From Blepharisma stoltei ATCC 30299 (taxonomy: Eukaryota > Protista > Ciliophora), in NCBI GenBank assembly GCA_965603825.1, contig CBFDEM010000043.1:248001-312000 (forward strand): a stretch of 64,000 bases of DNA, written 5' to 3'. Positions 1 through 12,300 of this stretch are shown piece after piece. The first letter of the stretch is position 1. Each line of letters opens with the position of its first letter. Below the pieces are notes generated by a model. It did no database searches. It saw nothing but the letters and a program-made list of their open reading frames with translations, and was not told where the DNA came from. Both the position numbers and the translations under genes were made by a program.

Positions 1-493
1 CGCTGGGATTATTCTTTTTATTTTATTGTCTGGAAGATCTCCATTTTCTACGGGGTCTCCGAAAGAAACCCTCACAAAAAATAGAGACTGTTTTATAAGC
101 TTTTCAGATAAGTATTGGGGTAATATATCAAGACAAGCAATAAATGTAGTTATAAAACTAACCCAAGCCAGTCCTTTATTAAGGCCTTCTGCTAAAGAAG
201 CCTTATCTTATGACTTTTTTAAAGGAATCAATAAGGACTCTGCAACTACGAGAAGCAGTTTGATATCACCACCTAACTCTGCTGGCCTTGTAAATATTTG
301 GCCTAAGAGTTATTCACCTGTAGAAAAAGTTGATTTAAGAAAAAATAGGATATCAACTGATAAAAATAAGCTTCCAGTTTTAGGTGAAAAACATAGGTTG
401 AGCTTGAGGCATGCAAGCACACCTATGCTGAATAATGTGAAAAGAGTGAAAATGATATTAAGAAGTGATGCAGAAACTCCAAAATTAAGATAA
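1..493 (+). CDS. Ser/Thr protein kinase (CAMK-like), 3' part only; 5' end lies outside the window
   Basis: Frame opens at the window edge with kinase subdomains IX-XI: AGIILFILLSGRSPF...RPSAKEALSYDFF; ends in TAA. Confidence 0.85.
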   Translation, partial: AGIILFILLSGRSPFSTGSPKETLTKNRDCFISFSDKYWGNISRQAINVVIKLTQASPLLRPSAKEALSYDFFKGINKDSATTRSSLISPPNSAGLVNIWPKSYSPVEKVDLRKNRISTDKNKLPVLGEKHRLSLRHASTPMLNNVKRVKMILRSDAETPKLR

Positions 494-991
494 TCCTATT
501 TTATTATTTAATTGGTAAATTTAAAGCTTTAAGGCTATTGTTTAAATCATTCTGAGTGATTTTTTTGTGATTTCAATTTGAATTATTTTTATTTAAATTT
601 CATATTAGCGTCATAAATCGTAATAAATTGCTATATTGATGATTAAAAATAGAGTTTAGGGTACTTGTCTTACACAGTCTTAGTTTGATAGGCATCTTGA
701 AACTATAAATTATTTTCATTTGGCTTTTAAAAACAGCCACAAAGATAATGCCGTTTAAAAAAGGGTCAATTAGAATCAGCAGTGTCTTATTCACTCTGTA
801 TATTTTGGCAATCATAATTTACCAAAAATTTTTTGATAGTTTGATATTTGGTCTTTAGAATAGTTAGAATAGGTAAAATTATCAGACAAATAATCTGATA
901 AGAAGTCAATTCCCCAATAATTGCTTAAATATTAAAATGTCCAAAAATAGTTATGCACTAATACTAAGTGATTTATTAGCAAGATACTTAC

Positions 992-1993
992 TTATGAGCT
1001 ATTATTACCAATCGATAATAGACGATCAGTATCTGTATATGCTAATAATAAAAAGTTTTTGGTATCTTCTTGATCACCAGCAAAAATATCCTGCAAAATT
1101 TCCTTAAATCTCCTTCATTTCTCGCAACAAAGCTCACTATGATTTAGCTCCTCACAACAAGAAAAGTTGTAAAACGAACCACTATAATTGTTATCTTTGA
1201 AAACTATTTCAAGGTAACAATAAAATGCTGTTCTTATGTACTTAGAATCAAATAAACATTTCAAGCAGTCGCTATTATATGATTTAAATCTTGATCCAGG
1301 AACTTTGATATTTAGTTTTTTAAAGTCTTCGTCATGATATGTAAGGCAATAAGTAAGAACATGTAAATCATAAAAATTATTCTTTGTTCGCTTTATTTTC
1401 TCATGATTTTTGCAAACGGAGCGAAAATCCCTTATTAAGCATGGCTTTAGATGCTTTAGAAGTGGATGAGTTAATGTTGATACTCCGTTTTCTTCTATTC
1501 TTTGTTCAAATTTTTTCATAATTTCATACAAGTCTTGCCTTTTCATATTTATTGGATAATTGCTTTCAAATTTTACATTTGTAGAATCATAATTTTGACT
1601 TTCTTCTTGGGAAATTCTACTTTTTTTTGCTGGTTTTACTCTAAAATTGGACTTTCCTCTGCATCTTTTCTTTTTTATCTTTGACTCTTCCCCAGCAGCA
1701 GTTTCCGATCCTGCTAAATTTATTTTTCCTTCACTTTCTTTCTGCTTCTCATTTCTGCTTTCTTTAGAAGCAGTTTCTCTTGTTGAAGCATTTGAATCTG
1801 TTTCAAATTTATTGAATTTATTCGCAACATCTAACAAACGAAAAAAATCAATTCCTCCTTCCCAGTCACTCTCGTGTATTTTGTCATCGGGGAAAATTTT
1901 AAAGGGATGCGATGATTTCTGAGTAACTTGTGGAAATGCATCTTGATTAGTGCTACATTTAATTATATTTTGAGGGTTTAGAGCTCCACTCAT
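992..1993 (-). CDS. Hypothetical protein with C-terminal FSCC-x4-H-x3-CCEKW (possible Zn-binding) motif
   Basis: ORF 1115..1993 continues through TGA(Trp) at 1115-1117 to TAA at 992-994. Confidence 0.7.
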
Positions 1994-2020
1994 TGATAAA
2001 TTAGAATTATTCGTCTTAAG

Positions 2021-3628
2021 ATGGCTTTTGGAATTGTTATAAATATGAGTGAATCGAGTGAAGAAGAAAATCCATGGTATGACTGGAACAAAACCATGAA
2101 CGAGTCAATTGATGTTGACTCTACAATGGTCAAGTATTCTGTACAAATCGATGACGTCCCTCCTGCTGCTCCTAGGGTATCTCATACAAAGCAGCTGACA
2201 GATACCAAACAGGTGGCGTCTTTTTTTCTTGAAAGACCTATACCAATCCCCAAGCATCGTTCTCCCTATTCTCGAGATCTCAAGCGCATAATTCGTCATC
2301 ATCCTTTCTACCTTCACGCCCTAGTCTATGCCTGTCAAATCCCGATGATTTCTCAAATCCTTCACAATCCGCCCAGAAATTTAATTCAAATTATAAATTC
2401 CACAGACCACAAAGCAAATACTCCGATCATGCTGGCTGTGAAGCTATGCAAAAACTCAAGCGAATACTTAGCAATTGTAGAAATGCTAGCTGACAGTGGC
2501 GCTGATCTCCATATAAAAGATGCAAATGGCTGGTCTTGTGTAGATGAGGCAGTCAGCCAGAAAAATCGCGAGCTTTTAAGTGTTCTGTTTGAGTATCTAT
2601 ACAAAGAAAAAAAAAACAAATGGGAAAGAAATAAAGAAATCGCGTCATCAGCATTGAAAGAGCTCAAAGATTTTTATTTGGAATTCCGATGGCAGTTTAA
2701 GAGCAATTTGATCCCATTGGTAGGAAAAATTGCTCCGCATGATGTCTGCAAACTGTGGAAGATAGGACCTTATATAAGGCTAGATACAACTTTGGTGGGA
2801 TGGAAAAATCTTCGAGCTAAAAGAAGAAGCATTTCTCTTATATTTAAAGATGACATCTATCTGGTGAACCATTCACACAGAACTTATCTAAACCCTTTAG
2901 AAGAGCTAGATTCTGAGGAAAGATGTGAAATTATTAATGATATCATGAAAAATGACCCTGTACAAGGAAATGTTTCTTTGCTGGGGTATAATATTACAGC
3001 GATGAAGAGCTGGAGGAATAAACCTTTATCTAGGGTATATGGAAAGTGGAAATGCAATAAATATAAACTGCAGTTCAGAACTCATACGCAGGTTAAAAAA
3101 AGAGGGAAAGAGATTATAGAAGATAACCAAGACGACTATTTTAATGGGCTCCGTGGATCTTCCCCGAAACCTATATTCCAAATTGGTGATTCTCGGAGAC
3201 CCAGTTTTGTAGGTGACAGCTCAAGGCCAATCCATAGAAATAATGTAAATGACACAGTAACTCAGTCTGTAAAAGAAACAAAAGCATTTTGCTACCTTTG
3301 TGAAGATTTCCCACTTTCGCTTGAAGAATTTGTTTCAGTTTTAAATGTAATCAAGAATGCAAATACAGCTCTTGGCAGGCTTTATGATTTCTTGGAAAAT
3401 GAAGGAATTCATGAGCTCGTCCCAATTGATTCTTTTCCGGTTAAAATAGAAATTCCGATTGTTATGGGAATAAGAGCAAAAGTTGTGTTTACTAACTACA
3501 CTGAGATGAAAAAAGATGATAAAAGCATTTTTGATATACCGAATTATCAGAAGGTGTCAAGGAAAGTTGGCCAAAAAACATTAAGTTCGCCGCGCAAACG
3601 CATTCTGTTTGCTAATATAGTAGCTTAA
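2021..3628 (+). CDS. ANKRD13: ANKRD13-like protein (ankyrin repeats plus GPCR-chaperone domain)
   Basis: Ankyrin repeats (NTPIMLAV, GADLHIKDANGWS); DFYLEFRWQF..IPLV..IAPHDVCKLWK.G..IRLDTTLVG; FPLSL; FPVKIEIP. Start could be the ATG at 2045. Confidence 0.85.
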   Translation: MAFGIVINMSESSEEENPWYDWNKTMNESIDVDSTMVKYSVQIDDVPPAAPRVSHTKQLTDTKQVASFFLERPIPIPKHRSPYSRDLKRIIRHHPFYLHALVYACQIPMISQILHNPPRNLIQIINSTDHKANTPIMLAVKLCKNSSEYLAIVEMLADSGADLHIKDANGWSCVDEAVSQKNRELLSVLFEYLYKEKKNKWERNKEIASSALKELKDFYLEFRWQFKSNLIPLVGKIAPHDVCKLWKIGPYIRLDTTLVGWKNLRAKRRSISLIFKDDIYLVNHSHRTYLNPLEELDSEERCEIINDIMKNDPVQGNVSLLGYNITAMKSWRNKPLSRVYGKWKCNKYKLQFRTHTQVKKRGKEIIEDNQDDYFNGLRGSSPKPIFQIGDSRRPSFVGDSSRPIHRNNVNDTVTQSVKETKAFCYLCEDFPLSLEEFVSVLNVIKNANTALGRLYDFLENEGIHELVPIDSFPVKIEIPIVMGIRAKVVFTNYTEMKKDDKSIFDIPNYQKVSRKVGQKTLSSPRKRILFANIVA

Positions 3629-3960
3629 TTTCAAATTAACACTGTTAATATTAAATTTAACAAATAAAAATATTAAAAACTTATTGATTTTTGTTAAAAT
3701 AATAAAATAATTTGTTTTAATTATATCATTTATTATCCCTCACTGTCCTAGCTATGAGGCGTATTCCTCTCTTTTTTACCCGAATTATGGTGCTCCCGAT
3801 CTTAAGTACTCAATTCTTCCTAATAGCTCCACAGCCTAACGCCTATAGCTTCATAAGAAAGAAGAATTGGTATAATTTCTGATGCTTATAGCAATCTTAA
3901 CAATAAAATCTCACAAATATGAAACATTTAATTATTAAGTTGAGATGCATTTTCATGCAG

Positions 3961-4648
3961 CTATTGATCTACCTTTGTAAAGTCATGAATAGGTATGCTA
4001 TTTAAATCAATCACTTTCAAATTATCCTGAGGATAAGCTATAACTTCTTTAGCTGGAGACTGACTAAATGCATCCTGAGCGTTATCAATCCCTATAGCCT
4101 GTACTTCATTATAAGTTGGCATTACCCTTTGACTGCCAGTCACTTGAACCATTTCGTTTCTCAAATCTCCTTGTACTCCAAGTTTGTAACAGGAATAAAT
4201 GACATAGCAAAAATACATATCAATAAGAACTCCAATAGCATTTAATATAGAGTAAAGATAAAGTGGAGTCATCTCAGGTTCCTCTAGAACTCACCATATG
4301 GCTACAATCCCCCATTCTACAATCCAGCAAAGGATTCTGATTATTTTAGCTTTATAATATTTTTTAACAATACTTCAATCTGGTATTATCAGCTTTAAGC
4401 TTCCGTAAGCTCTGAGTGAGTAATAGCTCATGAATAAAAACGTTAAAGTCACTAAGTTATAAATTACAAAATAGATCGTAATAAAATAGAAAGTTCTTTA
4501 CTGTACGGATCACTTGCATTGATAGCATAAATCCTAAAAATATTGAAGCAATTACATCTAGCACTGAAATAAATTTTGTTCCAGATAAAACTCGACTGCT
4601 ATCTTACGTTTACCAGCAGCAATAAAGTGTAGGAGGTAGTCTCACCAT
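3961..4648 (-). CDS. Small multi-pass membrane protein, paralog 1 (2 tiny introns: 4599-4613, 4452-4467)
   Basis: ATG 4648 MVRLPPTLYCCC; removing the 15-nt and 16-nt GT-AG introns and reading TGA as Trp gives one frame to TAG at 3961; about 4 hydrophobic segments. Confidence 0.8.
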
Positions 4649-4680
4649 TTATTAAAACTTATATATTAATGAGTTCCATA

Positions 4681-5342
4681 GCTGGGGGTATAATATTACA
4701 GTGATGAAGAGCTGGAGGAATAAACCTTTATCTAGGTTATACAAATTGCCCGAGGATGGCGCAAAATAGCGCCATCCTCAGGCAATATGTATATATTGAA
4801 AGTGGAAATGCAATAAATATAAACTGCAGTTCAGAACTCATACACAGGTTAAAAAAAAGAGGGAAAAAGATTATAAAAGATAACCAAGACGACTATTTTA
4901 ATGGGCTCCGTTGATCTTCCCCGAAACCTATATCCAAATTGGTGATTCTCGGAGACCCAGTTTTGTAGGTGACAGCTCAAGGCCAATCCATAGAAATAAT
5001 GTAAATGACACAGTAACTCAGTCTTTAAAAGAAACAAAAGCATTTTGCTACCTTTGTGAAGATTTCCCACTTTCGCTTGAAGAATTTGTTTCAGTTTTAA
5101 ATGTAATCAAGAATGCAAATACAGCTCTTGGCAGGCTTTATGATTTCTTGGAAAATGAAGGAATTCATGAGCTCGTCCCAATTGATTCTTTTCCGGTTAA
5201 AATAGAAATTCCGATTGTTATGGGAATAAGAGCAAAAGTTGTGTTTACTAACTACGCTGAGATAAAAAAGATGATAAAAGCATTTTTGATATACCGAATT
5301 ATCAGAAGGTGTCAAGGAAAGTTGGCCAAAAAACATTATTAA
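4681..5342 (+). pseudogene. 5'-truncated, frameshifted copy of the ANKRD13 3' half
   Basis: Near-identical to 2980-3590 but lacks the 5' half, has single-base indels, a 54-bp insertion and a ~41-bp loss of the last codons. Confidence 0.9.
4738..4793. mobile_element. TA-bounded palindromic insertion (IES/MITE-like hairpin)
   Basis: TATACAAATTGCCCGAGGATGGCGC-AAAATA-GCGCCATCCTCAGGCAATATGTATA; arms 23/25 complementary; absent at the homologous site (~3035) in unit 1. Confidence 0.75.
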
Positions 5343-5674
5343 AATCAAATTAACACTGTTAATATTAAATTTAACAAATGAAAATCATTAAAAACTCTAT
5401 TGATTGTCGTTAGAATAAAGAATAATTTGTTTTAATTAGATCATTTATTATCCCTCACTGTCATAGCTATAAGGGGTTAATTCCTCTTTTTTTGCCCAAA
5501 TTATGGTGCTCGCTATTTTAAGTACTCAATTCTTCCTAATAGCTCCACAGCCTAAAGCCGATAGCTTCACAAAAAGGAAGAATTGGTATAATTTCTGGTG
5601 ATTATAGTAATCTTAACAATAAAATCACAAATGTGAAAAGTTAATTATTAAGTTGAGATGCATTTTTATGCACT

Positions 5675-6362
5675 TTATTGATCTACCTTTGTAAAATCAT
5701 GAATAGGTATGCTATTTAAATCAATCACTTTCAAATTATCCTGAGAATAAGCAATAACTTCTTTGACTGAAGACTGATTAAATGCATCCTGAGTGTTATC
5801 CATCCCTATGGCCTCCACTTCATTATAATCCGGCATCACACTTTGACTGCCAGTCGCTTGGACTATTTCGTTTCTCAAATGTCCTTGTACTCCAAGTTTG
5901 TAGCAAGAATAAATGACATAGCAAAAATTAATATCAACAATAACTCCAATAGCATTTAAAATAGAGTAGCCATAAAGTGGAGATATTTCTGGTTCTTCTA
6001 GAACCCACCATATGGCTACAATCCCCCATTCTACAATCCAGCAAAAGATTCTAATTATTTTAGCTTTATAATATTTTTTCACTCTACTTCAATCTGGCAT
6101 TTCCTTCCTTAAGCTTCAACAAGCTCTGAGTGAGTAATAGCTCATGAATAAAAACATTACAGTCACTAAGTTATAAATTACAAAATAGATTGTAATAAAA
6201 TAGAACGTTCTTTACTGCACGAATCACTTGCCTTGCTAGAATAAATCCTAAAAATATTGAAGCAAATGCATCTAGCACTGAAATAAATTTTGTCCCAGAT
6301 AATAATTCACTGCTATCTTACGTTTACCTGCTGCAACAATGCATAGGAGGTATTCTCACCAT
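5675..6362 (-). CDS. Small multi-pass membrane protein, paralog 2 (introns 6313-6327, 6166-6181)
   Basis: Same exon/intron structure as 3961-4648; ATG 6362 MVRIPPMHCCSS; ends in TAA. Confidence 0.8.
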
Positions 6363-6379
6363 TTATTAAAACTTATATA

Positions 6380-9300
6380 TTAATGAGTTCCATAACCTTC
6401 ACTTCCTTCCAGCACTGCAATTGTCATAAACTTCGAAAACTCTTTATATGATTTATAATTTGGGATATAAATCGTGCTTCCGCATGTTGATGCTGTTGGC
6501 AAAATTCCATTTTCCAGCTGTGGGGAAAGCACAATGCCCCAATTTCTTTGCTTATAAGGAATTCTGCTAGACCCAGTCACAAACCTCAAAAATGCCTTCA
6601 ATATCTCTTCATTAGAATTTTCCAGCCAAGTCCACAGCCATTGCACAACTTGTGATGACAGCCCAGGCCCATAATGCGAAGTCCTTTTCTTAATAAACGA
6701 CAAATTATAAGTCGAGCTTCCATTAAAAAGGATTTGCAAGTCTTCAGGGTTTAAGAATGATAGCAAATCCAGCGTAATTACATCTTGAAAAGATGTGGTA
6801 AAAGACTCCATTTGGAAAGCTACTGATCCATATAAATGCCAAAGGGCTCGAGTTTCAAAATATTGCTGCCTGTTTTCTGCAGTCACTTTTATTTCTGCAC
6901 CATTCGGGATTAGCTCAACTATTTGTTTGTCTTCTGATGTCACTACAAAGGTAAGTTCTGAGTATTCAAGTAAGGCAGGGTCCATGGTAAGGATTTCTTT
7001 TAAGGAGTTATAGAAGATTGGGTCATCGTCTTTTAAATCTTCTGGGATAAGTCCACGGCCTAAAAGCTGCTTATATATAGAAGGAGCGAAATTTATTTCT
7101 AGTAGATATTTGTGGAGAATGGCTTTGGCAAAATAAGCCCCGAGGACATGGAATAATTCTAAGTGGTTAGGGTTTTGGCTTGAAAGGGGGTTGATTTTGA
7201 AGAAATCGCCAACCTGAATGAATAAATGATGCTCAGGAAGCACAATTTCTCTACCTAATTTGTCAAAAAATTCACGACTAAGCCCACCTCCATCAATTCC
7301 AGGCTCATGCTCAAATTTGATATTTAAATATCCCCTCAAAGTTTCTACATCCTCATTAAAATTCTTCCTCAAGCTTTCTAAAAACTGGGTTCTCACCACA
7401 TCCACATTATGATTCTCATAAAACCCATGCAGTCTTTTCGCTTTTTTAAAAAATAATTTCCTTTTCACCTCAAATCTCATAGGCTTTACAGTAAAATCAA
7501 TAGGGGAATTTGATAGTTCTATATTATTGATAAACACCTTCAAAGTTGCGTCGGTAGAAGTTTTGATTTTAATTATAAGCAAAACTTGGCCTAATTCTTG
7601 CAAAAATTTCAGCTTTACAGGGTATTCTTTGCCAGCTTTATTGAAAAGAGTCGCTGATATCAGTACATTAGAAGCTAAAGACATATGGTTTTTGAAAACT
7701 TCAGCGTTAATTGATGGTAATGGAGATTCTAAATCAACCTCTGGGGAAGGGATAAATTCTTCAGCGTTAGGATTTAATTCAAATGGTTTTTCTAGTATTT
7801 TATGAGCTTCAAAATCGCATGGAGAATAAAAGTTTTTGTATTCATCACAGACTTTGACGAACACCTTATGCTTTTCCATTTGAAAAATATCTCCAACATT
7901 AGCAACTATACAGTGACTTGGAGAAATTTTTGCTGGGCATACATATATTGGCTTAGATGATTTTAGCTTGTGAGAGTTCAAGTAAAAAATGTAGAATCCT
8001 TTGCTAAATGGTGTCCACTTTATAATGCAGCTGTCAGAAGAATGGGGATAGATAGTAGCTTCATACTCAACTTCAGGGTTCTGCTTGTGCTTGAAAACTC
8101 CTTGAAGATGATTTATGTTGTAGCTTCCACGCAAATCACAGTCTGCACGAATTAGTAATAAATCTGAGCGTTCACAGCCAGCTCGAGAGCAGATAGCATC
8201 TTTCAAGCTTTTCGGGTGAGAAGGAGATTTATTGCAGAGCTTTATCAATAAATTTTTCTTTTTAGATTTGTTTTTAACTCTTAATTTTTCATCAGAAGAA
8301 GTAGCAATATATGAATGCTTATAAGAGAGCTGCTTTTCTGTTAATTCTATTTGTAAGTAGCTTTCATAATGGTTTAAAAGCAGTGGCTTAGCTTTTTCGT
8401 TTCCGCTTTGGGTATGAGTAAGAAATCCTCTATCAGTTGGGTTTTTATTGGAAAAATTCATAATTGGCTGAGGAACTCCAGTTTTTTTAGAAATAAAATA
8501 AAACACCCTTTTTTCATTTGACGTCCAATTAATGCTAATTAAATAGATTTCAGGAGTAATTTTGATATAGCGATAAGAGTTCTGATGTCCTAAAGAGTAT
8601 TCTTCTCCAATGCATGAAATAAAAAAATCATTGGAAACGATTAAGTCATAATCTTCTAATTGTTCATTATTTATATTGCTTAACAAGTTGAAGATAGATG
8701 GTGGAGTTTTGGTAGAATGCTTAAATTGTGGTATTTCCTGCATCAATAGTTTGTATTGATTTTGCTTTTGTTTACTGGAATCATAAAATTCAATTAAATG
8801 CTTTGGGATTTGTGGGCCTGTATAAACTATTTTTGAATCAATAGGGAATCCATTGTCGAAGAAAACAATTAATATACAAGAATTTTCAGGAAGGTTTTTT
8901 ATCGAAAAAATGTCTTTTGTAAGCTCAACCGAAAATGCTTGTAAGTTATCATAGCAAATTCCTGTTGCTGTTATATAATCTAATTTTCCAAAATGAACAA
9001 TATAATTTAAAACTCCTTCAGGGCTAAAAAGTACTGAATTAAAATCAGCAGGCAAAATTTTAAATAAATTTACCTCATGCCATGTATTTTCTTTAAGCTT
9101 AACTAAAAGATCAAAAATTGATGGAATATTCACCATTTCAGCAGCTGTAATAGAAACTAATAAAACTTCATTAATAGAAATTGCTAATAATTCATCCGGA
9201 TTATTCTTGTATTGATTTATTTCGATCATCACATCAATATTGAGAATTTTTCCAACCATATCGAAATGCTTACTGATTCGAGGTGCTTGTGAAAAAAGGA

Positions 9301-12300
9301 TAAGGTCTTGTAAGGAAAATTCATCTTTATGTAGAGAGACTTTAGTGTTTTCTGGAAGCTGAGAAAGTGATATTTCAGACAGATGCTTTATTATTACTCT
9401 CATAGTGCTGCTCTTTGAGTATATATCTTTAATGCTTTCTGATTTTCTTGATGTTGGCAAACAAACAAATAGCATGTTTTCTTTAATGGAACATTCATTA
9501 ATCGAATTTGATATTTTTATCACGATTTCTTTGATATTTTCACTAAACAATTTAGCGATCTCGTGCTTTGAGATCTGCTTTATTTGGATATCATTGGGAT
9601 CATATGTTTCAATATCAAAAATAAATCCATTGTAGTCGCAAACATTTTTAATTGCTTCGTATACATTTATTAAGCACTCTTTAATATCGTTATTAAAAAA
9701 CTCAGCCATGTCTTCTATTATTGGCGCTTCTCCTGAATCATTCCAGTCAATATTCACTGGGATATTTCATTGTTTAAGCCCTGTAATTTTTCTTAACTGT
9801 TTAAAATATCAGCATAAATTATCAATAAGCTCATAATAATTGGGATTCGATAGTAGAGTTTGCTCCAATGAAGGCTCAGGAAAAACAAAATTGACCTTAA
9901 TATCAAAATCTTTTGTCAAGCTTAAATTTAAACCTGGCCGATTTTCAGAAAACTGCAAAGAGATTTCTTTTGGAATCGGTTTATAAATTTCTCCACATTT
10001 AGGGAACCTTAACTTTTCCTTATAAAGCTCTCCTTTAGCTTCTTCATATTTGGGTAAAGATTCCTGATCAAAAAACCATATTCTCCCAGCAGAATCACAT
10101 ATAAAAATCGGTCCTTCTTTCATCTCGATTTCTTCTTCACTAGGGAAATCTTTGTACACCTTAAAAATCTGTGATATTTTATTAATAGGAAAATCTTCTT
10201 CATTTCCCATTATTTTTATTTCGTCTATGGATTTGATTTTTAGGACTTTTGATGTATTTATCAGCACCGTGTCATCTTTTTTGCAGATTAGGCTTAAGTT
10301 TGATATAGAAAAATTGAGGAGGTAGCTTCTTTTTAGCTTGGAAAAATGCCTATTACATGCAATTTGAGCATTTCGCTTTATTTTATTTGAGATGGAATTT
10401 CCAAGGATAAATGAAGATGTGTACAAAGAGAAAGATTGATTTATCATTAAATCATCCCACGTGCTTTGAGAAAGAGAGATTGTTATATTGTCCCAGAGAG
10501 TTCTTGATTGAAGCTGCTTTGCAATGTATTCTAACTTTTTTATATTAACAAGCTTTTCAGAAAATGAACAGCAATCACTAAATAAGATTTCAAAGTTTTT
10601 AGAGACTGCATCATATAGAGACTGCTTATCAAAATAAAAAGTGACTTTTGAACCAATACTTTCTGATACTGGGAATTCGTTTAATTTCAAAGTAAACTCA
10701 GTGATTTGCAAAATTTCTTCCATTATTTGTGGAGGAGTCAGCATTTTTGTTAAGAAATTTCAGCTAATTTCATCTACAGACTTAATAGGAAAATCCTTAT
10801 TGGATTCTATTTCTAATAAAGGATTTTTCCTATATACCCAAATTGTTACTAGAATATATCCGTACTTAAAGTCAAAGGTTAAATCGTAAATATTGACAAT
10901 ATCATCTATATTTTCAGTTTTTGTATTAAAATTTGCTTCTTTAACATTGAAATCAATATAAATTCCTTTAGCTTCTAGTACTAATTTTTTATGTTTCGTT
11001 AAAGCTATCAGCATATTTCCAAACCAAGTTTTTAAATCTTCTGTTTCAAAGAATTCCTCTATGACATTTAAAGGATGAGAACATTTTTCATTAGTAAAGC
11101 TATTGGAAACTGCCAAGCCAATCTCATTATAAAGTGTTAGGAGCTCAAATTCTATTTGGCGAGCAAGATTAATCATATCTTTTTCCCAGAACCAAAATAG
11201 CCTATGAGTAATCACTTTTAGCTTAAGCTCATTATAGATTGACACATTTGCTAAGCTGTATATAGCGTCTCCTTTGTTAATAGTGAACTTTCATTCGTCA
11301 GAATCAAAAGAAGAATCTTCATAGTTCTCAGGTTCGACATATCTAATTGCAAGATTGACATAGCTTAAATTTACTTTGTTAAAAGTATCAGTGATTTCTT
11401 GTGGCGGATCTTCATTGCCAACTGTTGGTCTTAAAACGCCACTCACACTTCTTGTAAATACAGGCGGTTCTGGCTCTTGTCTAGGAGCTTCTGGCTCTCG
11501 AGGTTTTTCAAAGCGGAAATGCTTATAGTAAGTGTGTTCTTCTATAAATATCATTCTAATTGCCATTAATAAATTCAATGCTCCACATGCTTTTCCTATA
11601 AAAATTTCATCAATAATTTTACGATTCTTTGTTTTATACACTTTCTTTATCAACTTAAATTGTTCAATTATTGTTTCATAGTGCTCCTGAGGAATGCTAT
11701 CATAAATCATTCTCAATTTTGCCTTGCCTTTAAGGTAATATTTATTAAAAAATTTTAAGTATCTTTTTACTGCTGCTTGGAGATAATTTTTACTGATGAT
11801 TATTGGCTTTTCAATAGTGACCTGCAAGCTTTTTTGCACTGACGAAAATATAGAAGAGTTTTCGATGTTTTTATCAATTATTTCTATTTTTCCTTTTATA
11901 TTGATCTCCTTATCAGGAATGATTTCATAGCTGGGTTCTTCCTTGCTTGATAGCAAGTAATTTACTTTATGCTTATTTGGAACCCATTTTGTATCAAGTA
12001 ATGAAAAGAGTCCTGAGGAGCTGAACATCTGCACTAGGCATAATATTTTCTGCCATCCTTTTTTTATACCAACTAATTCAGACATCAGTGCTTGATCAAT
12101 TTCTATTGAAATTCATTTTTTATCATAAATAATCAGCTCATTTTCACTGCTTTTTTGATAAGATATATATGATTTTAAGTAAGGGATATATTTCTCTAAT
12201 TCCTCTTCTCCTTTTTCTTTCAAAAACACAAGTGATGACTCACTTATGATTTTATTAACCTCATTTCTCAATAAATCTGCAGCTGCAGTGTGGAAAAACA

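Larger units (their letters stand above)
2980..6394. repeat. Direct tandem duplication: unit 1 2980-4680, unit 2 4681-6394
   Basis: Both units start GCTGGGG(G)TATAATATTACAG and end ...ACTTATATATTAATGAGTTCCATA; they are colinear throughout. Confidence 0.95.

Noticed and set aside
3745-3885. Resemblance to U4 snRNA (TAGCTATGAGG, Sm-like AATTTCTG) or to a telomerase template (GCCTAACGCC)
   Set aside because: The U6-pairing segments of U4 are absent, and there is no exact match to the CCCTAACA-type repeat.
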